Below are positions 31,104-41,049 of a DNA stretch of 64,000 nucleotides, one piece after another. The stretch covers positions 228,902 to 292,901 of the forward strand of contig RHPI01003261.1 of the NCBI GenBank assembly GCA_009103225.1, in the 5' to 3' direction. The position numbers were made by a program, and so were the translations under genes. Under the pieces are notes generated by a model. That model was not told the DNA's origin, ran no database searches, and saw only the letters and a program-made list of their open reading frames with translations. Positions within the stretch are counted from its first letter, which is position 1. The number at the start of each line of letters is the position of its first letter. This stretch comes from Chlorokybus atmophyticus. Taxonomy: Eukaryota; Plantae; Mesostigma and Chlorokybus algae.

Positions 31104-31450
31104 TGGTTCATCATCTGACCGGCACTGCAACGCTGCTGGCGGTGTCGTCAAGTCCAGCGACACCATTGACAATGTAAAGGCGTTGTGTCCGCATAAGGAG
31201 TGCACTTCCCGGGGACACGCAGGACCAGCAGCACCTCATCACCCCGTAACAGCTGCAAGATGATGGCACTCAGGCTGTCTACAACACGTGTGTGAAGTCA
31301 AGACTTCACATGGTCTTGCGCCTGCGCGATGGTATGCAGATCTTTGTGAAGACTCTCATAGTCCAGATTGTATCAGTTTATTAGTGGAGTCTAGTGACAC
31401 CATCTATGCAATGAAGGCCAATACGTCGTTAAATATGCAAAGTCCCGATC
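31104..31450 (+). pseudogene. Two tandem degenerate ubiquitin units (polyubiquitin-like remnant)
   Basis: Across frameshifts: LVHHLTG / VKSSDTIDNVKA / [19 protein letters not shown]...[20 protein letters not shown] (ATG 31334) / [13 protein letters not shown], colinear with ubiquitin and its [13 protein letters not shown] junction. Confidence 0.8.
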
Positions 31451-31914
31451 ATGTCGCAGCTCGCGACAACACGCCGATGGTCAGGGATAAAGCGCCTCTG
31501 GTTTGTCTAATCTGCCATGCCTTTGTCGTGAATAATGGTCGCCGCTCTCACCTTACTAGTCACCAAGCTCGATGCATAGAGTACCGCAACTTGTTTGGTT
31601 ACACAGCAGCTTGTTGGCATCATCATGCTGCTGGTCTGCACATCATTGACTGCCGGCGCAAGTTCAAGTGCAGCAGCCCAGAGTTCTACAACCGGCAGTG
31701 CACATGCGAGCAATGTGAACTTGCCCCCTTTGAATGGCACGGGACACCCATGCGATATATGCCGTACATACGCCCAGGCACAGTCCTCCAAGGCACTGTC
31801 GTCAATCTCATCCAAGTAAGCCATACGTATCACCTCGCATCAGTTGCCACCAACCAAAACCATGTTGCGTGCAAGCTCCCTTGTCGAGTTCACTGGCATC
31901 TGAGTCCTGTTTAA
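31451..31914 (+). CDS. Cys/His-rich segment of the Academ cargo (CLICH...HQARC...CTCEQC), putative Zn-binding region
   Basis: Open frame 31288-31914, continuous with the second ubiquitin remnant, with multiple CxxC/CxxH pairs. Confidence 0.45.
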
Positions 31915-32083
31915 TTGCAGTCTGTCATACGCAGAGTCAGCTTCGTAGATGCGGACGCGGGCCTGCACACCCTGTTACAACTGTGGTCGCGGGATCGAGC
32001 ACTGTGCCCCCCATGACGGTGAGTGGACATACAAGATGTGTACATGCTGTATGCGTCGGTGATGTCCGGCTTGCAGACGCTGA

Positions 32084-33309
32084 GTGACGCCATGTGCGCC
32101 TACACGGGCGTCTGCACTGCTGATCGCATACGATTTGCAGTCCACGCCAGCACTCTACGAGTTGATTCCGGCAGTGCGACAGCGCTGTCTCGACGGCGGG
32201 CCAGCACTTGTTGGCTTGGCAGTCCTGGTGCATTGGCCAGCCGACCAAGCGTGGTATGAGGGTCGCATCTACGCCTACAACAGCAGCCTAGGTGCGCATG
32301 TTGCTCCCAGGCTGCATGTGTGACGGCAACTGGTTCGCTGATAGGCTAATTGCACGTTAGGCCGCCACAGTGTGCGCTTCGTCGACGGTGACGTGCAGCA
32401 CATGGTCATCGACAAGCACAACATAGTGGCCGCGGTGTGCAGCAATGGTACTCGCCATTGCTTCCGCATCGGAGGTTGTCGAGTGCCTACCAACCGCAAG
32501 GCCCACCCGCCGTTGCCAACTCTAACATTATGGAGCAGGTCATCCCCTACGCTGGTCACACACACTGCACAGCTGCCCAACGGTGCACCGCACAGACCCA
32601 AGGTGCTTGACATATGTTGTGGTGGAGGCGGCGCCAGCATGGGGTTGTACCGTGCTGGATTTGACGTTACGGGCGTTGATATACTAGAGCAGCCCGACTA
32701 CCCATTCAGCTTCATCCACGGCGATGCCTTAACAGTTGACATCCAACCTTACAATTTAATTTGGGCTAGTCCACCGTGCCAGGCTTTTGCTCGTTGCATA
32801 CCTGAGTCACAACGCCGACAGCACTCGAGCTCGTGGCAACACAGCACTCTTCTGCACGCCTTGCGTGCACGCCTTCATGCTAGCGCAAACCTTTTGTCAT
32901 CGAGAACATCCCTGATGCATCTCAGTACATGACACCCAATATGGTGTTGTGCGGGACGATGTTCGGACTGGCCACTTTCAGGCACCGAGTGTTTGAGACG
33001 GTGCCTATCGTGAGCGTGGACTTGGTTTGCGATCACACCTCCAAGCGTCTTGGAGGACTTTTCGGACACCGCACACTGGTGCAAGCTGCAACCGACGCAG
33101 GAGACACTCAGCAGATGTACCCCGTCTATGGACAGGCAGCCTCACGTGGTACATTGGCTGGGTGGAGCATGGCTTTAGGCATCGATTGGGTATCAGCGGA
33201 GACAACATTAGTTGAGTGCATTCCCCCGGCCTACTCGGAGTATGTTGGCAGACAGCTATTGGTAGCACTTGGGTGTGTGCTATGCAGCTCGCCGCTGTCT
33301 TGGTCATGA
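32084..33309 (+). pseudogene. Tudor domain fused to a C5 cytosine DNA methyltransferase of phage/actinobacterial type; 1-nt frameshift near 32885
   Basis: Tudor LVGLAVLVHWPADQAWYEGRIYAYNSSLG|RHSVRFVDGDVQHM is joined by GT-AG intron 32292-32360 (branch point CTAAT at 32346). MTase motifs: I LDICCGGGGASMG, II VTGVDI, IV WASPPCQ, VI PFVIENI, VIII RHRVFE, X ECIPPAYSEYVGRQL. Confidence 0.88.
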
Positions 33310-33750
33310 ACACGATTGTCAGCAATGCGTAACACCGCGCTGGAACCCAACATCAACACCAACACAGCACTGCAATTGCAATCACACACACATGCACTAC
33401 ATTGGGTATATTCTACACACATACATGGATGCGCCATGACCATCCTGCTTCTCAACCTCAAACTTGCACAACACACAGCATCCTCACTCAACATCCATTT
33501 GCAACTGCCCTACATGTCATATTACATTATGCGTGCAGTTCGACACTTGCCACGCATGCGCTCGTACTGTTGTTGCATACTCAATCCTAGACGATACCTG
33601 GAAGCTGGAACATCGGAGGGCCTGCACAACCCTACAACAAGCCACTAACCCGTGACCACAACCCAGCATAATCACTCAATTTAAGAAGGGCTGCATAACA
33701 ACCCTTCAGGAAAGACCGGGTAGCTCAACATGCGTACCTACAGGCACGAC

Positions 33751-34760
33751 CTATACGGGCGCCACTGCATGTTTGTGACTAGCCAGATTTGTCGACCCCA
33801 CACCGCACCTGCGATTCTTCGGCCTCATCATCAGCTCTCTCCCCACAGAGCAACACGCACACCACCCAGTCGTAATGCTTGTTCCCAGCATCAACCAGTA
33901 GCTGCCATGTTCCTCAACCCTGCTACCGAGCACATGTTCAACAGTATATCCTAACCCGGCACGCAAGTTGTGCACCATCGCATAGCTTGCATGAGGCACT
34001 CATGCAAGCAATGCACACACAACGCACCACACGCACACACGCACGCATTGTGACTCAGAGCACACTGCACTCTGGGCTATCCACCGACTCCCTCACACCA
34101 CGTGCTTCAATGCTACTTCATGACAAAACCTACCATGATCTGTCGGCATGACGGGGTGCCAACCGCCACCCTGCACCAGCGGTGGAGGATGGGGCAAGCC
34201 CGGATTGTCATCGTCACCACAGTCACCTCCCTGCAGAGGATGCAAACTCCACTGGCCAACCTCGAATGGAAGCCACTCAGTGTCATGCCACTGCTCGACC
34301 CAATGTCGTCTCCGCCCTGGCTCCATATCACACTCAGTGCCAATCACCCACCGTGCCAATGCGACACCGCCTACCACATGCTCCACTATCAACAGCTCAC
34401 TACCAAGCCGCTGAGGAAAGCCCGCTGCGTTGCGCAACCGATGATGGCTAAATCTAAAACCAAACCCACCAGGCAACTCGACATGCAACTCCCGAACACC
34501 AGCAGCGCCTGCCATAGGCGCGCCACATACATGCACTGGCCAGCCGAGAGACACCTAAGCATCGACGTATCAGCACACAGGCACGTCCAGAGGTGCACGA
34601 TTATGCACGCATCCACTAGCAGCGTTCCACAAAAACACCTGCTCATATGCAGTCTGATAGAAAGACTGACTGCGTCGGATGGACGGCAGTTCACCGCCGA
34701 GAGCAAACAACGCAGGACAAGGCACACGCTTGCATCACCTAGCTCTGCCATTACGCGCGC
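33751..34760 (-). CDS. Third Academ ORF, hypothetical, spliced and decayed, convergent with the methyltransferase
   Basis: Open frames 34093-34554 and 33751-33999. Two segments have weak chromodomain-like starts (LIVEHVVGG; YTVEHVLGSRVEEHGSYW). Begins ~450 bp inside the right TIR. Confidence 0.35.
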
Positions 34761-35289
34761 ACGAACGCCCGAATAACACCGCCGCGTTGCCTCAACCACC
34801 GCCCCGCACACCTGCGCCTTCCGCCCCTCACCAGCCTTCAATACTCTGCAACCCTAACAGCGCTGATTTCCGTCGCACCTAGGATGACGGCAAACGGCTG
34901 CACCGCGCTGTTCCACGCACCACTGCCGTCTATCCACAGACGAACCACGTCTCACATACACACTTCTACAGTTTGTCAAGGGTGATGCACGGCCAACTGA
35001 CAGCGGACTGCCGACGACGCAACGCCATCGATCGACACTGTCGATCAGCGCTGCCACCGCTCTCGTCGCCGTCGAAATACGTAACTTCTACAACCACATC
35101 AACCGCGGCGAGCAAGTGTTGCACCACGGTCTTCAGCGGCCAGTTGGCGCTGTGCCACGCACATTTCGCCCGCCACAGCGCTGTCAGGGCCGGCACAAGC
35201 TTTGCCTGTAGCGATTCCCATTAGCGTCGTGACTGCAAAGATACAGGCGAACGGGAATCTAACTGTATGCTTCAAGACTCGCTTGAACG

Positions 35290-35780
35290 AGAGGTGCGGC
35301 TGATTAGGTCGAACGACACTACATGATTAGGGCACAAAAACACAGCACACGCGCATCACACCAGGGCCACCAGTGGCCATCACATACGGCACCCGCGACT
35401 ACCGGGCTGCGCGGTATGCGCGGCGCGCCTGCCTCTCATTGGCTAGGCGGCAAGTGGCCGTTCGATCTGTTTTCAATTAGATATCGGCCGTCTAAAGCAC
35501 ATCCCCACATCCTGTAACTGCTCAAATCTATGCAAACTAGCGGTGCGGCTGATTGGGCGTGTGACTTGGCCGGCCGGCATAGTGCACCAAGACACATCAC
35601 ACGCGCACCACGCACGACGGCCCAATGACATACGGCACCCGCGACTGCCGGGCTGCGCGGCCCGCCTGCCTCTCATTGGTTAGGCGGCAATAGGTTTCGG
35701 CCGTTGGATCTGTCACAACAAATCTCGACCGTCCAAAGCTCATCCCCACGCCATGCAACTGCTCACAATTTATGCGAATG
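35290..35780. repeat. Tandem duplication 2 x ~250 bp with ATTGG (CCAAT) boxes, promoter-like
   Basis: CATACGGCACCCGCGACT.CCGGGCTGCGCGG and GCCTGCCTCTCATTGG.TAGGCGGCAA occur in both units. Confidence 0.75.
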
Positions 35781-36076
35781 ATATATACTTTATTTATGAT
35801 GATCTTAATGACTGTATGCAATACGGACAACATATAATAATATGAACGCGACGCGCGACATTGCAGCACAGCATATGGCGTCACTTGATGAAATATCGTA
35901 TGATGCGCTAGCATACGGCATCATATGTCGCGATATGCTCAACAGCAATTGTTGGATATCACACATATGGTATCCTGCGTGGAATGCGCTTCAGTAATGG
36001 TCAATCCAACATGATTTTCGGTTCCGTCATATTAACTGAGGTTATCCGTCACATTTTAAGAACTCTACCAACAAGA

Positions 36077-38780
36077 AACTTACGACATGCCATGCGACAT
36101 CGCACCATACCGTTCCATATGATAACATATGGTGTCACAGCCGACATATGCTGGCATATGATGGCATATGACGTAATATGGCGCGGCGTCGCTGACATCG
36201 TGAGTTCCCTGTGCAACATGTTAACAGAGATTAAGTCGAACTGTGGTTCGTGCGTAATGTGTCCTGCGTATGATGGGATATCATACGCGCCCGGGCGATA
36301 TGATCGATGACTACCACGGCCCGGAAACCAAGTCGCATGCAAGCTCTTGGACAGCAGTGACACTAAGATTGTCGAGCTTAGCGGCCGTTGTTCGTTTGTG
36401 CATTGCGTCGTCTTCTTTGTCAGGTCCATGGCGGGTTCTCGGCGTGTTGCCACCTTCGAAAATTACTTTGTCCGTTGCATCTACGGCTGCAACCTCACAG
36501 GCATACACAAAGGCTGGATCGCCAGAGTGGGAGTGCAAAACTTCAGGTCTCACCTTACTAGCGGTGTCCACAAGGACGCCTTCAATGCATTAACACGCCA
36601 ACAGCAAGACGACTTGCTGAAGTACTGGTTGGATCTGGTGAGTCCTGTATGGTAGCATGCGTTGTTGTGCATGTTTGAATAGTAAACTGTTCCACAGCTT
36701 GAGAGTTTAACAATGCGCAATGTCACTGTCAATTTACTTTGAGTGCATGTTGCTGTCTGCATGATGGCACATGGGATGGACTTATGTGGGATTGTAATCA
36801 TATGTACTTGTTGCCACTTAAGGTCGGGCTGCAATGGCACGACACAACTTCAATCCTACTGTGGGTGCCTTTATGCCAGTTGCTGGAACGTGGCCTTTGC
36901 AGCAAACAACCCCCCTGCCACCGTCGTTGCATGATGTTCTGCACCCTGTTGAAATCTTATACGATCCCAATCTTATTGAAGACACCAATGCCAGTGCCTT
37001 GACGGTGCCCACAGGTATGTGACTGCTTCGTGGTGACATTAACAGTTTCATTCAATGCATGTATCCCAACAGGTCTTCGTGTGACTCCGTCTAAGCGCCG
37101 TAGAAACTTGTCTATGGCGCCTGATACTCCCACCACGTCTTATGTCACTGACGCGGAAACAGGTGATCAATGTCATCGTTGCAGAGGTTCCCACCTGATC
37201 CGTGAACTATATGAACGCAGGGGAAGCAATGCCGCGGTTGCCAACTCACCAATTTACACCTGAGCTTATGCGTACTGCTATCGACACCTTCAGTGGCCAC
37301 CTGACTCGTGAAGTACAAAACAACGCTCGTCTACAAAACGAAAGTAAGGGAAATTGTGCCATTGTTTTGACACACACCACTGATGGCATTGTTGGCAGAC
37401 TTCAAACTAGTTGACGAGAACACAGTCCTTCGCGAGCGTAACCTGAAGCAAGCAGAGCAGCTACGCCACAACCAGACACAGCCTGATCCCCAGATCGCTG
37501 CAAAGCTGTTGAAAATGATCAGTGAAATCAATGGTCTGCGTGCAGGCGATGCTGCTGCAGAACAACGCTCTGCTGACCTGGAGCGTGCATTACACGAAGA
37601 GCGTGCTGAGCACGTTAAAATGACAGAAAGTGTCAAAAACGCAGACGCAGCAAGCATCGTGGGTTTATGCAAGCAGCTGACAGATGTTCAGCGCAGGGCC
37701 ATACAGTTGCAGCAACACAATGAGCGTAATGATGCAAAATTGGCGCGCCTGCAATGCCAGATTGGAGAAGCCAACCAGACAATTGCTGCACAAAAAAAAA
37801 AGGTGTGTGTTCCTGCACTGTTGAATTTTCCAGCAACTGACTTTCTGTTGTAGATCTCATAGTTGACAAGCGTCCTGCGTCTTCAAACGGCAAATTGGCA
37901 ATTTCGTGAGCGTGTTGAACCCAATGGCGTGCAGTTTGAGAGCTTCCAGCAGGAACTGGAAGTCACCAGAAAGGAGTTGGACAGCTTGGCAAAATACATG
38001 TTGAAAGAGATCGACCTTGACGGACAGGTACTGAACAATTACAATTATGACAATATCCACAAATGCAACACTTTGATGTTCATTGGTTGGTGTGCCAGGT
38101 ATCGCTCCTCAATCGCAGAGATGTTAAAAGGCAGCTGCAGCTGCAACTATACCAAACACTCTGGGAGAAGCTTTGTACCTACCTCTGCACAGTTGCCCCG
38201 TTGTTGCGTGAAGCAGCAACAACCGAAGAAATGCAGCAACATGTGCGCCAGGACTACAAGGGCAAGCGCGTGGTAGACAGTGAAGACAACACATGCGGGA
38301 TCTGCTGCGAGCAGAAGCCAGTGGAAGTGTTGTTACCAATGCCATGTTGCGGAGCTACACTGTGCCGTCAGTGCTTGAAGAAGCTGCGCACAGGATCTCA
38401 CCCTCAAGTTGAGTGTCCTTTCTGCCGCCGCTTTCAACTTATTTTTATGCAGCGCCCACCACGTGGTGCAGAGCTCCCCGATTTCCCTGTATATGAACTC
38501 AGCAGCAGTGACGATGATGAGGATGTTGATACACACAATACCAGTGCTGCTGGCGCTGGGCCTTCGCAGCCACCCCCCCCCTGAGTAGACCTGTATCATA
38601 GAACCCGTTTTGCTCGTGTGTTAACATGACGCACAGGGAACTCACGATGTCCATTGACGTCGCGCGACAATCTGCCATATCATGCCATATGATGTCATAT
38701 GTTGGCATATCAATCGCTGTGACACCATATGCTATGATATGGAATGGTATGGGGCAGTGTTGCATGACATGTCGTGTTTT
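36077..38780. repeat. Diverged inverted repeat pair (~150-165 bp; 36077-36228 and 38617-38780) enclosing the RING gene
   Basis: Shared CATATGGTGTCACAGC and GACATCGTGAGTTCCCTGTGC..CATGTTAACA in opposite orientation. Confidence 0.8.
36347..38584 (+). CDS. Multi-exon cargo gene: N-terminal Cys/His finger, long coiled coil, C-terminal RING variant
   Basis: RCIYGC...FRSHLTSGVH; coiled coil 37383-37800; CGICCEQ...PCCGATLCRQC...CPFCR. GT donors near 36638, 37015, 37344, 37803 and 38028. Confidence 0.65.
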
Positions 38781-38930
38781 TGCATACGTAGCATACGTAC
38801 ATTTATGAAGCTCACCACCAATATGCACCCACCTGTATCATATCGACACGAAAGCATGGTGTCACACAAACTATCCAACACACATGGTGATTACTCAAAC
38901 AACAGCCAGTTTCACTCTTTTTTCTTCTTT

Positions 38931-39263
38931 TTAATTGCCAAAACCGCTACCACTACGTCGGCGCGCCCAAAATGCTTTGAACCTTGCTGGGTTGCCTTCA
39001 TCCATATTGTAACCTTTGCACCCTCGAGAGTCGTATTGGGCGATATACATAGCTTCTAACCAATATATTCGCGCCTTGCAATGTTCTTCATCTAATACTT
39101 CCAACTGCACTTGCTCTTCAAAAGGTTTACTGCTATCTAAGTCAGGCAACATTTTCTTAGGCGGGTGTCTACGATGTTCCTTATAACGTCGACCTGGGTG
39201 GTTACTTTGACCGATATATACTTTCTGTGTTGCCACATGCGTCAACTTGTAGATAAACTTCAC
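38931..39263 (-). CDS. GIY-YIG endonuclease domain
   Basis: FIYKLT...KVYIGQS...RYKEH...LEAMYIAQYDS...GYN: GIY/YIG hairpin, conserved Arg, Glu and terminal Asn. The ORF track starts at GTG, so it may be the last exon of the upstream gene. Confidence 0.85.
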   Translation of the reverse strand: MKFIYKLTHVATQKVYIGQSNHPGRRYKEHRRHPPKKMLPDLDSSKPFEEQVQLEVLDEEHCKARIYWLEAMYIAQYDSRGCKGYNMDEGNPARFKAFWARRRSGSGFGN

Positions 39264-39539
39264 ACCTGTGTTTATGGGTTGCGCACGTTTTTTGAGTTAC
39301 GTGCAGAGGCGCGAATGTTGGTGTTGGCATTGATGCTGTTTCTTGCTGCCGAGGATCGCAGGATCATCTGGACCTCATCGTTTACCTGCAAAGAACAATG
39401 GTACTATGAATGCTGCAGTACACATCCGAGATTGATGTTGAATATGGAACATATATGCGTAGCGAAGTAGCAGCAAGGAAACAGACCATGGGTACAGGAA
39501 ACTCTGCTACGCAACCATAGCATTCTCACGCATCGCGAC

Positions 39540-40320
39540 TAATCTTGGCAAGCACAGTAATCCCATCATCAACTTGGATAACCACACACCTCATTGGCAG
39601 CAACATTTGCTACTGGAGCTTCCCTTGGGTCTGCTTTGTTGATTTGCTCAATGATTTTTTCTGCCTTTCCTTGCGACATGAAACGCGCTGTCTCCCAGTT
39701 GCAAACTTTGCGAATGTGAACCAGCTCGAACACCTGTGAAACATCTGTTAACTACAGGTATTTGGCCAATGACCCAGTGTCACATTGATACATACCTGAT
39801 TAGCGTAAATTGGCTCTGCATTATCAGAAAGCTCTGGGTTGTCCTTGCGCATCAGAGTGTCCCACAGCTTGTAAGCTACTTGGCGCTTTAGGTCATCCGA
39901 AATGTCGATGCCGAGCTTTCTGAGGTAGTAGATGCATGTTCCTACACATACTTGCATAAGTTAACACATGCACCACAGTGTGTTAGTGTACATTTTCCGC
40001 TTCTCACCAGTTGCAATAGAGTCCCCGTGGTTTATGCGAAACTCTTGAGCTCTCTCTTTGGCAGGGCGAATTAACTTATCGGCCTCTGGCTTGGTGAATA
40101 GCCCCTCAAGCTTGTCGGGAGTGATTCCTGCTGAGTCACATGCTACCAGTTGTTTCGCTGTCAACGGACGACCAGGCGCATCACCTCCAGAGCTACTGGT
40201 ACGTGGACGCTTAGAGCCAGGTTCGTCATTGGAAATTTGAGCGTGGAGCCTCTCGAACAGGTCTTTTTCGTTAAAATCCATGCTGTCAACCAGGTGCATT
40301 GTCAATGTAACGCTCGCCAA
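39540..40320 (-). CDS. Hypothetical multi-exon protein upstream of the GIY-YIG domain (decayed)
   Basis: GT-AG-bounded coding-like blocks (MDFNEKDLFERL..., CIYYLRKLGIDISDDLKRQVAYKLWD..., VFELVHIRKVC...). No family recognised. Confidence 0.45.
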
Positions 40321-40754
40321 CTAATGACTCACAGGTTCGAGATTTAAACAGAGGCTAACTGAGCCACGTTGTTACCTGTGTCTGGCTGAGGTGACAGTTT
40401 TCGACGATGGGCAGGTGTCTAAGGCAGGTGATGCGACAGGCATGTATGCACAGTGCCCTGCGACTTGACGTTTCAACTGGTGTACATTTACAGCAGCGTT
40501 AGATATATTGCCAATGTATATCTGCGTAGCAAGGAAAAGGGTTTGTGTCGGCAGAACACCACGTGCTAAGCCATGCCGCCATGCGATTGGTCATAAGAGT
40601 TGATGGGATGGAGGAGATGATTGCATTCAAAGCATGGTTGGATGACGGGTGATACGGCAATCAACCGAATGTGCCATGTCATCAAACCGTACAATGCGTA
40701 CAGTGTGGTCATGAGATGCAGTTCACGTTACGCGACATGGTTCAATATCGTCGA

Positions 40755-40990
40755 ACATGGAACCACATAACGCAATGTTTTGCAACATCGTTCATACATG
40801 CACAAACATCATGCGATATCCGTTAATATCAAACAACGTTGCGCAACAGCGTACCATGTCGCCTAAAGCAATATCATCCAACTTGGAACCATGTAGTGCA
40901 ATGTTGTGCAACATCGATCTCACATGCTCAAACATTCGCGATATGCGTCGATATCAAACAACGTTGCGCAACATCGTATCATATCGCGCA
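40755..40990. repeat. Tandem duplication 2 x ~127 bp
   Basis: TGGAACCA...GCAATGTT.TGCAACATCG...ATATCAAACAACGTTGCGCAACA repeated. Confidence 0.8.
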
Positions 40991-41049
40991 ATGATGCAAC
41001 ATATGTCACACCATTGCGCAACACTAACTGGACTTACGAATTATCAACG

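Larger units (their letters stand above)
24136..35235 (+). mobile_element. AcademX DNA transposon, full length (11.1 kb), with cargo genes
   Basis: TIR CAGTCACGACGCTAAT(A/G)GGAA at 24136-24156 and 35215-35235, with patchy inverted similarity for ~230 bp inward. 4-bp TSD CAAA at 24132-24135 and 35236-35239. CA...TG termini. Internal transposase-XPG-Cys8 gene. Confidence 0.88.

Noticed and set aside
31075-31105. TTAGGG/TTTTAGGG telomere-like motifs
   Set aside because: Only two imperfect, non-tandem copies; the second overlaps a probable splice acceptor.
36077-38780. Pack-MULE call for the inverted-repeat cassette
   Set aside because: No 8-10 bp TSD and no crisp termini; kept only as an unexplained inverted repeat.
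38931-39263. Penelope-like retroelement
   Set aside because: No reverse transcriptase motifs are adjacent to the GIY-YIG domain.
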